Assembly: GCA_029856145.1 (NCBI GenBank)
Contig: JAHQWK010000011.1
Coordinates: 96,001 to 160,000, forward strand
Direction of reading: 5' to 3'
DNA: 64,000 nt
DNA from: Promethearchaeia archaeon
Lineage (GTDB): Archaea; Asgardarchaeota; Lokiarchaeia; Sigyniarchaeales; SOKP01
Shown here: in pieces, positions 41,177 through 50,858 of the stretch
Layout of the letters: every line of letters begins with the position of its first letter
Numbering within the stretch: the first letter of the stretch is position 1
Program-made: the position numbers and the translations under genes
The notes under the pieces: model-generated
Databases searched by the model: none
Told to the model about the DNA's origin: nothing
What the model saw: the letters and a program-made list of their open reading frames with translations, nothing else

Positions 41177-42301
41177 TTATATATTTAATATGCTAGAATA
41201 GATATTTTTGTATTTTGATAAAACTGTATCCATTTTTCCTTTTACTTTAAAAATTTTCGAATTAAAACGTACATTTTCTATTGCTCGTAAACAATAGGGC
41301 GAATCTTCTGAGTTTAAGGCATATCTTGTTCCTAAACAGCCTCCTTTACATTCATTCACCATATCACAGTTTTTACAATATCCACGTAAATTTTCTTTTT
41401 CAAAATTGCGATTATAATTAAAAGCATAAGGATTTGATATAATTTCCTTTAGACTATTGGTTCTTACATTTCCTTCAATAAATTTATCTGAAAGGGTTAA
41501 ACATCCTTTAATATTTCCATTGCTTTGAATACCTAACACTGAATATCCTGCTTGACATCCAACCCATGGTGCTAATCCCAAATTTGGTATGAATCTTGAA
41601 AAATAACCAATACAATGTGCTCCTATTACAGGGAGTCTTCGATAGGAGTATTTTTTAACATTAATTGCAATAAACATTGCTAATGCATAATATTCTTCTC
41701 TTGAAATCATTAATTCTTTAGGAAAGCGCCCAATAGGGACTGCTAATTGAATTTGCCAAGAAATATTTTGATCCAAAATTAAATTTTTAATTAAATCTAC
41801 TTCCTTTAAGTTTTTTTTATTAATGGCTGTTATTATTGAAACTGGCAGTTTTTCTTTTTTTAAAATCTTCATTGCATTTATAGTTTTATCGTAAGCTCCT
41901 TTAATTCCTCTAAGATAATCATGAGTTTCTGGAATTCCACCGTCTAAGCTTAAAGATACACAATCTACATCTAGTTTTTTCAATTTTTGAATATGTTTAA
42001 CAAGATTTAATCCGTTAGTAACAATTGATAAGTCCATTTTATATTTCTTAACTTCTTTCGCAATTTCAAACCAGTCCTCTCTAATTAGAGGTTCTCCACC
42101 CATTAATGCGACACCTTTATAGCCACATGAATGCAAATCTTTTACCAATTCTAACGCTTCCTCAGTATTTAACTCATCTGAACGCGCGCTACCCGCTCTG
42201 GACCCACAATGAATGCATAAACTATTACACTTTAAAGTAATTTCCCAAACTGCACAAGAATTTTTTATTCTACGGGTTAAAAGTGATATTAAACTTGGCA
42301 T
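41177..42301 (-). CDS. Radical SAM/SPASM domain protein, peptide-maturase-like
   Basis: AVWEITLKCNSLCIHCGSRAG, MGGEP, SLSLDG; SPASM GCQAG...GNIKGC...GNV...CKNCDMVNECKGGC...YC. Confidence 0.92.
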   Translation of the reverse strand: MPSLISLLTRRIKNSCAVWEITLKCNSLCIHCGSRAGSARSDELNTEEALELVKDLHSCGYKGVALMGGEPLIREDWFEIAKEVKKYKMDLSIVTNGLNLVKHIQKLKKLDVDCVSLSLDGGIPETHDYLRGIKGAYDKTINAMKILKKEKLPVSIITAINKKNLKEVDLIKNLILDQNISWQIQLAVPIGRFPKELMISREEYYALAMFIAINVKKYSYRRLPVIGAHCIGYFSRFIPNLGLAPWVGCQAGYSVLGIQSNGNIKGCLTLSDKFIEGNVRTNSLKEIISNPYAFNYNRNFEKENLRGYCKNCDMVNECKGGCLGTRYALNSEDSPYCLRAIENVRFNSKIFKVKGKMDTVLSKYKNIYSSILNI

Positions 42302-42418
42302 TGCAATTATCGGATTCTTTTTCTGAAATATAAATTGATTAAATTTCTTTAAAAACTTTTGTTATAAAAATTGAATATTTCATAATATAATCGCTATGGA
42401 GTATAATTTAATTGCTTT

Positions 42419-43753
42419 TTAATTTACGGAATAGTACTTATCGAGAGTTATGATAGGATTAAAGTTCGCTAATGGTACTGTTGACTTCTTTACGCAACTT
42501 ATTTCTGAAGCGATATCCTTTTTGATCATCTTTTTATTCTTTATATTACTAATTCTTAACAATCTTAATGTTCTCCTGTAAGTTTTTAGTGCATCTGATC
42601 TTAAATTCAATTTAACAAACACTTTTGCTAAATTCCAGTAATAGATTAAATCATCCCTAAATATTTGAATTGAGTCTAACAATTTCTCTTTAGCAATTTC
42701 ATAATTTTGATTGTAAACTTCCTTTATTCCTTGATAGAAAAATACTTGAGATTTTCTTTGAATCATTGCAGAAGAGAAAAAGAACAACTTATTCGGTTTA
42801 TTAGTTATTGAGAGTTCTTTTAGACGAGTCAATTGTTGCTGCTTTTCATTTTTGATAAACATTAATTTCTCTATTATTCTTTCACCAAATGCTTCTATTG
42901 ATGAAAATGCAAACATTTGGGATCCTGGAATTGTTGGCAGTCTTTTAAGGGAATTAAATAGAATATTAGGAAGGTTGTATTTTATTATATATTCAATTAT
43001 TTCATAAATGTATTTTATCTCAAAAATTGAAAGATAATTGATATCCTCAATCCCTTTAAGAAAAATGTTAGCTACTTGAGGAAATCTTATTAGAATGGTC
43101 TTAATAATTTCAAATATAATATTTTTATCTTTTCTTCTTTCAAATTCTTTTAACTTTAATATTATAAAAGTTACTAAATCCTCTTGTTCTTTTGCTAAAA
43201 AAGAGTCTTTAAAATCTACTAGATTCTCTAATAACATTTGTTTTCGAATATGCGTAATAACTTGAAAGAAATTCTCTTTTGAAGGCTTTTTGCATTCAAC
43301 TCTTAAAGTGGGTATTGACTCTGTGTTATAAAATTTTCTTTCCTTTATATCAATAAATCCTATTTTTCTAAGCATTTCTGCTAACAATTCTGAGGGATAA
43401 CATAACTTATGTTGAAGTCCTTTATGAGGAATACCAAATATCCATCCTAAAATTTCCTTTTGTTGTTCATAGTTTCCATTTAAATAGGATTGAAAAGCCT
43501 TTTCAATATCAGGTGTTTCTATTATTAGAACTCCATTAAACTGTAAGACTCTAAAAAATTCGCTTAATACATAGAGAGATTTGAAAAAACCAATATGTTC
43601 AATTAATTGAATTGCTTTAACTTCTTCACAAGAGTTATCGGAAAATGAGAGATTTATAGCAGACATTTGTTGATCTGCTAAGATATCTTCATATAAATCA
43701 ATATTGTAATAATCTGGCTCATATCTTCTTCCAGAGCCCACATTTAACTTCAT
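42419..43753 (-). CDS. Class I SAM-dependent methyltransferase domain fused to a C-terminal TPR region
   Basis: KLNVGSG..YYNID, QLIEHI, EFFRVLQFNGVLIIETPD; TPR-like FFYQGIKEVYNQNYEIAKEKL..YYWNLAKVFVKLNLRSDALKTYRRTL. Confidence 0.85.
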   Translation of the reverse strand: MKLNVGSGRRYEPDYYNIDLYEDILADQQMSAINLSFSDNSCEEVKAIQLIEHIGFFKSLYVLSEFFRVLQFNGVLIIETPDIEKAFQSYLNGNYEQQKEILGWIFGIPHKGLQHKLCYPSELLAEMLRKIGFIDIKERKFYNTESIPTLRVECKKPSKENFFQVITHIRKQMLLENLVDFKDSFLAKEQEDLVTFIILKLKEFERRKDKNIIFEIIKTILIRFPQVANIFLKGIEDINYLSIFEIKYIYEIIEYIIKYNLPNILFNSLKRLPTIPGSQMFAFSSIEAFGERIIEKLMFIKNEKQQQLTRLKELSITNKPNKLFFFSSAMIQRKSQVFFYQGIKEVYNQNYEIAKEKLLDSIQIFRDDLIYYWNLAKVFVKLNLRSDALKTYRRTLRLLRISNIKNKKMIKKDIASEISCVKKSTVPLANFNPIITLDKYYSVN

Positions 43754-43995
43754 TTTTTATTTTTAAAATCATTTAATTTAACAGATGAATATAAGGTTCC
43801 GCTTGGATAAACAGATTTAGATCCAACAACTATAGCGACAACTATAACAACAGCTAATGAAGCTAAAAAAAATATCAATGAAAGTGTAAATAATATAGAA
43901 CGATTGCCTGAAAATAAAAATGTTCGATTAATTTCACTTTTTTTTAATCCTAACTCTTTACCAATTCTATAAAATTGAGTTAATTCTTTGAACAT
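43750..43995 (-). CDS. Single-TM peptide, putative radical SAM substrate (paralogue 2), 81 aa
   Basis: The likely start is ATG 43995 (GAGGTGA upstream; aligns with paralogue 1), not 44115. FYRIGKELGL...SVYPSGTLYSSVKLNDFK; ATGA overlap with the methyltransferase gene. Confidence 0.8.
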   Translation of the reverse strand: MFKELTQFYRIGKELGLKKSEINRTFLFSGNRSILFTLSLIFFLASLAVVIVVAIVVGSKSVYPSGTLYSSVKLNDFKNKK

Positions 43996-44204
43996 GTTGT
44001 AAATTTCACCTCTTAAATATAGAATAATGCTATATGCTTTTTTATTATAATTACATATAAAAACATTTCTTTGGTATATTAATAGTCTAAGAGATTTTAA
44101 AGCTTTAAGGTGCACTTTTCGAACATTATGAAATATTCTTGAAATTAGGAAATTATTTTTAGCTTTTTTCCCTTAAAAGTTAAGTTGCACTTAATTTTAG
44201 TTAT

Positions 44205-46013
44205 TTAGATGGCAAGCAATCTTAATTTCTTCATGATTGTATCTTTAATTTTCTCGATCCGTTGAAATGCTTCATTAGGTACAGTCTGGCTTATTCGCAA
44301 AATTGAGTTTATAAGGTCTGGTTCTAAAAGATCCTCAATCAATATTCCTCGCTCTATAAGGTTTTTACCCTCGTTATAGATTAAAAGTATAACTTTGATT
44401 ATCCCTAATAATTTTTTAATACTTGTATAATTATCAGTGTCATCGAAAGCGTTTTGAATTAAGAATCCGTCTCTAATCATTTTTGCAATGAATAGAACTA
44501 ACTGTTGAGATTCAGGTAAATTTTTTTCTCCAACCAATTGTAGAATATGTTTCAATTCTTGTTCTTGGGATAATATCTCATTTACTTGGTTTCTACATTG
44601 AGACCAATCAATATCTATCTCTGGCCAATCTATATCTCTCTCATACCACCATTCAGAAATGAATTGGGAATAATTTGAATATGAATTCAACCAAGTAATG
44701 GCAGGATAATGTTTTAGATAAGCAAGTTTAGGATCCAAAGCCCAAAAAACTTGAACTAAACGCTTAGTTGTTGCTGTTACTGGTTCGCTGAAATCCCCCG
44801 CAGGAGGAGAAATAGTGCCAATGATTGATATTGAACCAATTCTTTCATTTCCTAAATGATCTTTTCCTAAAGTTCTAACAACTCCTGCTCTTTCATAAAA
44901 ACTAGATAGTTTAGATGGTAGATAAGCAGGATATCCTTCTTCTGCGGGCATTTCTTCTAATAATCCTGAAATTTCTCTCAAAGATTCAGCCCATCTTGAT
45001 ATACTATCAGCTAGAACTGCAACATCATATCCCATATCTCGATAATATTCTGCAATCGTTACTCCAGAAAATAAGCTAGCCTCCCGAGCAGATACAGGCA
45101 TATTAGATGTATTAGCTATAAGTATAACTCTATCTAATAATGTTTCTCCGCTTTGGGGGTCTCTAATTTCTGAAAATTGTTTCAAAATATTAGCAATTTC
45201 ATTTCCAGGTTCACCACACCCAATAAATACAATTAAATCAGCATTACACCATTTAGCGAGTAATTGCTGAATCACAGTTTTTCCTGTGCCAAAACCGCCC
45301 GGAATCGCAACTGTTCCTCCTTTTGCTATCGGAAATAATAAGTCTATAACCCTTATTCCCGTGATCAATGGCTCACGAGGATCTTCTTTTCTCATATAAG
45401 GGCGCTTTTTTGTTATTGGCCATTTTTGCAGCATTGAGAAAGATTTTTCTATACTATTTTTTTTTATTAGAAAAATCTCATCTGTGATTGTATAATCTCC
45501 TTCTTGAGCAATAAAGGATATTTCTCCATTGATAAATGGAGGGACCATTATTTTATGTTCAAAAAATGTAGTTTCTTGTATAGTACCAATAATATCTCCT
45601 GCATTGACGTTATCATTATTTTTCCTTATTGGTACAAAATGCCATTTTTTACTTCTAGATAAAGAAGGATATTTTACTCCTCTCCCTAATCTTCCATTAT
45701 TAAAATCTTCAAATACTTTTCCTAATGGTCTCTGTATCCCATCGAAAACGTTTGATAAAAGCCCTGGAGCTAATTCCATTGAAAGAGGTTCATTCAAACT
45801 AACAACTTCTTCATTTAACTGTAGGTTTATGGTATTTTCAAAACATTGACTAATTATATGATCTGAATAGATCTGAATTACTTCTCCCAGGATATTATAT
45901 TTAGAGATATTAATTAGGTCGAAAAGATGGACATGATTTTCCAGACCTTTAATTTTGATAAGCGATCCATTAATTGCAGAAATATAGCCAATTTTTATTT
46001 CTGTTTCATTCAT
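44205..46013 (-). CDS. atpA: A/V-type ATP synthase subunit A, second copy with altered catalytic motifs
   Basis: [36 protein letters not shown]; GCGEPGNE and ADSISRW replace GCGERGNE and ADSTSRW. Confidence 0.93.
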   Translation of the reverse strand: MNETEIKIGYISAINGSLIKIKGLENHVHLFDLINISKYNILGEVIQIYSDHIISQCFENTINLQLNEEVVSLNEPLSMELAPGLLSNVFDGIQRPLGKVFEDFNNGRLGRGVKYPSLSRSKKWHFVPIRKNNDNVNAGDIIGTIQETTFFEHKIMVPPFINGEISFIAQEGDYTITDEIFLIKKNSIEKSFSMLQKWPITKKRPYMRKEDPREPLITGIRVIDLLFPIAKGGTVAIPGGFGTGKTVIQQLLAKWCNADLIVFIGCGEPGNEIANILKQFSEIRDPQSGETLLDRVILIANTSNMPVSAREASLFSGVTIAEYYRDMGYDVAVLADSISRWAESLREISGLLEEMPAEEGYPAYLPSKLSSFYERAGVVRTLGKDHLGNERIGSISIIGTISPPAGDFSEPVTATTKRLVQVFWALDPKLAYLKHYPAITWLNSYSNYSQFISEWWYERDIDWPEIDIDWSQCRNQVNEILSQEQELKHILQLVGEKNLPESQQLVLFIAKMIRDGFLIQNAFDDTDNYTSIKKLLGIIKVILLIYNEGKNLIERGILIEDLLEPDLINSILRISQTVPNEAFQRIEKIKDTIMKKLRLLAI

Positions 46014-46037
46014 CTCTTTTTTTCAAGCATCCTATTT

Positions 46038-46481
46038 TTATTGGTATATTATATTTTCATTACAAAATGGACATTTTTTAACAAAATTCGGCACAATATT
46101 CCCACAATTTTTACATTTATTTATTAAAGGTTTACGGTATTCAAACTCTAGGTTGATAGGTTTAGAAATTTTAAGGTTAGGTTGTTTTAATTCCTTCTCT
46201 TCTAGAATTCGCTTTCTTTTTGTCTGTTCACTTAGTTTAGCTCTACTTTTTTTATCTGAAAACATCCTAGAATAAAGAGTTCGTTTGTTTCGTCTGAGAA
46301 ATGGTCCGATAGTAGCTAAAATAATAAAGATGAGTAAAATTGAGATAATTAAAGGGTTAAAACCAAAATTGATTAGTAGATAAAATAGGTAAAGAAAAAT
46401 AATTAAATAAAGCATTATCCAAATTAATTTCAAAATAACTTGTTTGCGTGATGGTTTATTTTTTTTGTCTTCTAGCGTCAT
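46038..46481 (-). CDS. Two-TM protein with C-terminal zinc ribbon, inside the ATPase operon
   Basis: Two hydrophobic helices, basic linker, CKNC...CPFC. Confidence 0.8.
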   Translation of the reverse strand: MTLEDKKNKPSRKQVILKLIWIMLYLIIFLYLFYLLINFGFNPLIISILLIFIILATIGPFLRRNKRTLYSRMFSDKKSRAKLSEQTKRKRILEEKELKQPNLKISKPINLEFEYRKPLINKCKNCGNIVPNFVKKCPFCNENIIYQ

Positions 46482-46521
46482 AAATTGTAGATTTTAACAT
46501 TTTTGCTTATTAAATATCATT

Positions 46522-48804
46522 TTATTTAAATTCTTTTGAGATATAACTCTTCGCTTTATCAATCTCATCCTTTACCGATTTAATTTCAATTTCTTTATCT
46601 ATCTCTTCGGAAATTATATCTTTCTCAAGTTCTCTACTGAATATCATTACTGAATAATCAGCATCAAGATAGAAAGGGAAATACTCAATGCCAGAACCTT
46701 GAAAGAATTTAAAAAAGAACTCATAAAAATGTAACCTCATCGTGTTGATAAATACAAGTAATCCTTCTATGAGAATAACGATAATATTACCAAAGATTAA
46801 ACCAACTATGTTAAGTATTTCAAAACCTATACCCTCTCCCTGAATCAGATTTCCCATTTCATTTATAGCATATAATAAAGCGACATGAGCAAGTGCTAGT
46901 GCTAGTAACCTAATATATGAAAGAACATTACTCATAACTGATAATAATGTATCAAATGTTTCAATTGATCCTTCACCTAATAATCCACCAAAAGATTCTT
47001 CCCGTAAATAGGATAATTTAAATACCTTCCCTAAGGGTTTTGAGAGTATCAGTAAAAGTCCTGGAATTAACACAAATAGTATAGGGTATGGAAAAGCTAA
47101 CCATACATATATATCAAATCCATAAGTAAAAATTAGAACTGTTCCTCCGATCAAAAAGAAAATTTTCATTAATGAGTCGGTAAATGCTAAATATTTCCTA
47201 TGTTGCTTCCAATAATTTAGAAATTGAATGATCCACCCCAAAATTATGTGAAAAATCCCAATTAATATGGAAAAATAAAATACAGATAAAATATTATTTA
47301 ATGGATTATATAAAATGATATTTGTAAAAGGAATTTTAATTGGCTCAAGATTTAAAAGAACGATGCCAAATATTTCTATTTCTTGTTTTCCAAAAAATTC
47401 ACCATATAAAAAACCAATAAAAAAAGCAGCCCATCCACAGAAAAAGATAATCCAAGAGAAGTTAGACATTTGTTTCTTTCGCTTTCTGAATACTAATGCT
47501 CCTATTAATCCACATATTATTAAAGTTAAGCCATGCCCAATATCTCCAAACATAATTCCAAATAATATAGGAAAAGTAAAAGCAATAATTGGCGTAGGAT
47601 CTATTTCAGAATAAGTAGGAGTACCATACATTTTTGTGATTGCTTCGAAGGGTCTTACTAAAAAAAAGTTTTTCATAATTCTTGGAGTTTGATCCCTTAA
47701 ATCTTCAACGCTATCAGATTCCTCACTTAATGACTTTATAGTTTCTGTTTTTACTTTTAATCTACTTTTTTTTTTTCTGATTGATTTTGAGGGATAAATT
47801 TCATAAATAGGACGCTTTTTAGATACATCAATCGAGTCAACTATTACGTTATCCTTAAATTTATTGAATAGGGTTTCTTGAATTTTATTCTTTTTTGATA
47901 AAGGAACAAAAAATTTGAGAATTGCCCTATTTGTTGAAGTTTTTTCAAATTGCTGATCTGCCCAATTATATTCTTCGATATTTTGAACGATTTCATTAAT
48001 ACCTGCAAATTTTAATAAATTATCCTTAGCGATTCTACTTTGCTCTTTGTTATACCTTAATAATAAGTCTTTGATAAAATTGATTTCCATATCAATCCTA
48101 TTATAATTAATACCTGTATCAGTCATATATTTTTTTAAAATCGGGACTTGTTCTGAATGGATTAATCGAATTCTTCCATTAAATTCATCTTCTTTATCCT
48201 TAGGATATATTATATAAAAACCTATCCGATCATCTGGGATTTCAAATGTCTCATAGAAGTTTGGGAATTCAGAAAAAGCAAAAAGATTGTTTAAATTATC
48301 TAAATTTTTATAAAATGTTGTAAAAACTTTAAATTTAAAATAATTTAAATTCGTAACGTTATTTTTTGTTATATTTATTTTTTCAAGGTGTTTATAACAA
48401 GCTTTTATAGACTGTAAATTCTCTAGCTCAATATTTGCTTTAGCAATATAACTTTGTAATTCTGTTACCCGATTTATGAAAAAATCTATTTCTTCAAGAA
48501 TATGATTAATTAATTCAGTAAAGTCTTGTGCTTTAAATTCAATTCTCTCAGATTTCTTAATTCGTAAATTTTCAATATCAGCTTCATTAATATCAAGTTT
48601 TTTAAATAATGTATTCAAATTCTTTCTTAAAAGTTTAATCTTCTCAACAACAGGCCTTTTATCTTCAATTTCTCCTTTGATTTTGGTTTTCTCTTTTTGT
48701 TTAATATGTACAGTATTTAAATTAGATATTTCTATTAAAAGTTGATCTTTATAATTATTGTTAATGTCCGCTTTCATTAAACAAAATTCATCTTTTTTTC
48801 CCAT
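46522..48804 (-). CDS. atpI: A/V-type ATP synthase subunit I (a)
   Basis: YGTPTYSEIDPT, FGIMFGDIGHG, SNVLSYIRLLALALAH (essential Arg), RLHFYEFF. Start is ATG 48804 or GTG 48813. Confidence 0.95.
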   Translation of the reverse strand: MGKKDEFCLMKADINNNYKDQLLIEISNLNTVHIKQKEKTKIKGEIEDKRPVVEKIKLLRKNLNTLFKKLDINEADIENLRIKKSERIEFKAQDFTELINHILEEIDFFINRVTELQSYIAKANIELENLQSIKACYKHLEKINITKNNVTNLNYFKFKVFTTFYKNLDNLNNLFAFSEFPNFYETFEIPDDRIGFYIIYPKDKEDEFNGRIRLIHSEQVPILKKYMTDTGINYNRIDMEINFIKDLLLRYNKEQSRIAKDNLLKFAGINEIVQNIEEYNWADQQFEKTSTNRAILKFFVPLSKKNKIQETLFNKFKDNVIVDSIDVSKKRPIYEIYPSKSIRKKKSRLKVKTETIKSLSEESDSVEDLRDQTPRIMKNFFLVRPFEAITKMYGTPTYSEIDPTPIIAFTFPILFGIMFGDIGHGLTLIICGLIGALVFRKRKKQMSNFSWIIFFCGWAAFFIGFLYGEFFGKQEIEIFGIVLLNLEPIKIPFTNIILYNPLNNILSVFYFSILIGIFHIILGWIIQFLNYWKQHRKYLAFTDSLMKIFFLIGGTVLIFTYGFDIYVWLAFPYPILFVLIPGLLLILSKPLGKVFKLSYLREESFGGLLGEGSIETFDTLLSVMSNVLSYIRLLALALAHVALLYAINEMGNLIQGEGIGFEILNIVGLIFGNIIVILIEGLLVFINTMRLHFYEFFFKFFQGSGIEYFPFYLDADYSVMIFSRELEKDIISEEIDKEIEIKSVKDEIDKAKSYISKEFK

Positions 48805-48815
48805 ACCATCCACAC

Positions 48816-49463
48816 CTAGATAATCTTTTCTTGTTTAATAATCAGGTCTTTGGTTTTTTTCAATCTTACATAATTTTCTCTTTCAATTTCTTCTAAAATT
48901 TCTTTTATTTGTTTAATAGTAGATTCTAATTTAGGGATTATAACATTTTTTAACCCATTTATTCTTCTATTAATTTTTTTAAAGTTTATTGTTACTTTTA
49001 ATATTAAATCTTCGATTTCAGAAAATTCTTTAATTTTATTAAAGAATTCTTTCAGTTTTATGAGTAAATCATCAAGATAATGGCTTGTGTTTTCAAAAGT
49101 ATATGCAGGAAGTTTCTCTTCTTGAAACAATTCATAATCTACTTGAGAGACAACAATTCCCATTTTTTTTACTGTTTGAATATTTATTCTCGGTTTATAT
49201 TGGATTCTACTTAGTTTGCTAATTAAATTCACGCCGTTTTTGCCCATCTCTTCATAGGTTTGTGTCAAAAAGTTAAGAGACTCTTTGAATAATTTGAGAA
49301 GTTCTTTCCTATGAGTATTGTAATCCTTCCATAATTTTTTAATTTGAAAAATGAGCTGTTCACGTCTAAATTCCAAAAAATTTTGTCCTTTACCTGCGAA
49401 TAATAATCTTTTCTGCAAATTAATCAAATTCGTTTTAGTTGGCTTTATTTCACGAAAACTTAT
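48816..49463 (-). CDS. atpD: A/V-type ATP synthase subunit D (probable ATA start)
   Basis: RRINGLKNVIIP, LEEIERENYVRLK; the conserved IKPTKTNL lies upstream of the track's TTG at 49427. Confidence 0.9.
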   Translation of the reverse strand: MSFREIKPTKTNLINLQKRLLFAGKGQNFLEFRREQLIFQIKKLWKDYNTHRKELLKLFKESLNFLTQTYEEMGKNGVNLISKLSRIQYKPRINIQTVKKMGIVVSQVDYELFQEEKLPAYTFENTSHYLDDLLIKLKEFFNKIKEFSEIEDLILKVTINFKKINRRINGLKNVIIPKLESTIKQIKEILEEIERENYVRLKKTKDLIIKQEKII

Positions 49464-49466
49464 AAC

Positions 49467-50858
49467 TTACACCTTTGGTTTATAGTATTTATTAATAAAG
49501 TTCTGATGAATTCTAATTAATTGGTTTTTATTTAAGTTAGATAATGTGTCCCAAGCAATAGCTAGGGTTTGGTTAAATTCTCGATTTTCATTTAGTTTTT
49601 GATTTAGGAATTTTTGTTCAAAATCTTCTCCAAACAGTAATAAATTCTTTTGATCAATGTTTAAACCATCCTCTCCAACAATTGATATAAGGTCTTTAAC
49701 TTCAAGATAATTGGAATATGAAGCTAATAATTGAGAACTAACATCAGCATGATCTTCCCTTGTTTTATCCTTACCAATAGCATCTTTCATCAATCTTGAT
49801 ATCGAAGCTAAAACTTCGAAAGGAGGATATACAGCTTTCTTATGTAAGCTACGACTAAGAACTAATTGTCCTTCAGTTATGTAACCAGTTGTGTCCGGTA
49901 TTGGATGAGAAATATCATCATTTGGCATTGTTAAAATTGGGATTTGCGTTATTGTTCCCTTTTTCCCCTTAATCTTCCCTGTTCTCTCATAAATTGATGC
50001 AAAGTCCGAATAAATATATCCCGGATACCCTTTCCTACTTGGAATTTCTTCTTTAGCTGAACTAAGTTCTCTTAAGGCTTCTGCATAATTGGTCATATCA
50101 ATTAATATTACTAAAACATGCATGTCCTTTTCAAAAGCATAATATTCAGCAGTGGTTAATGCGATTCTTGGTATAATTAATCTTTCGATTATTGGATCGT
50201 CTGCAAAATTTATGAAGGAAATGATATTTTGAAGTGTTCCACTCTCCTGAAAACGGTTTAAAAAATATATTGCTTCGTCTTGAATTATACCGATACCACA
50301 AAAAATTATTACAAAAGGCTCCTCTGAAGTAACTTTAGCTTGAGTTGCTATTTGAGCTGCCAATTTATTATGAGGTAATCCTTGCCCACTAAAAATCGGA
50401 AGTTTTTGACCCCTAATAAGGGTAAATAAGCCATCAATTACAGATATACCTGTTTGAATAATATCCTGGGGATATTCTCTAGCAAAGGGATTAATAGGAA
50501 TTCCATTAATATCTCTTCGAACGTCAGTCAATATATCAGAATCCAGAACGTTTTTTGTTCTAATATCAATTGGGTTTCCAAGTGAGTTGAATGTCTGTCC
50601 AAACATATCTTTTGAGATATTAATCTTAAATGTGTCTTCTGTAAATATGATTTCTGCATTTTCTGAAGATAATCCAGAAGTATCTTCGAAAACTTCAACG
50701 ACTATCATATCTTCACTCATTTTTACTATTTGCCCCGTTCTAATATTATTATCATCTGTTTTAATCTTAACAATTTCGCCATATTGAGCATCATGCTCAT
50801 TTTTTAAAAACAAGAGTGGTCCTATTATTTGTTGAATCTTCTTATAAATTATACTCAT
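49467..50858 (-). CDS. atpB: A/V-type ATP synthase subunit B
   Basis: [53 protein letters not shown]. Confidence 0.96.
   Translation of the reverse strand: MSIIYKKIQQIIGPLLFLKNEHDAQYGEIVKIKTDDNNIRTGQIVKMSEDMIVVEVFEDTSGLSSENAEIIFTEDTFKINISKDMFGQTFNSLGNPIDIRTKNVLDSDILTDVRRDINGIPINPFAREYPQDIIQTGISVIDGLFTLIRGQKLPIFSGQGLPHNKLAAQIATQAKVTSEEPFVIIFCGIGIIQDEAIYFLNRFQESGTLQNIISFINFADDPIIERLIIPRIALTTAEYYAFEKDMHVLVILIDMTNYAEALRELSSAKEEIPSRKGYPGYIYSDFASIYERTGKIKGKKGTITQIPILTMPNDDISHPIPDTTGYITEGQLVLSRSLHKKAVYPPFEVLASISRLMKDAIGKDKTREDHADVSSQLLASYSNYLEVKDLISIVGEDGLNIDQKNLLLFGEDFEQKFLNQKLNENREFNQTLAIAWDTLSNLNKNQLIRIHQNFINKYYKPKV

Noticed and set aside
43996-44115. 40-aa N-terminal extension of peptide 2 in the ORF track
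   Set aside because: The paralogue alignment and a GAGGTGA SD place the start at 43995; the extension spans AT-rich promoter-like DNA.
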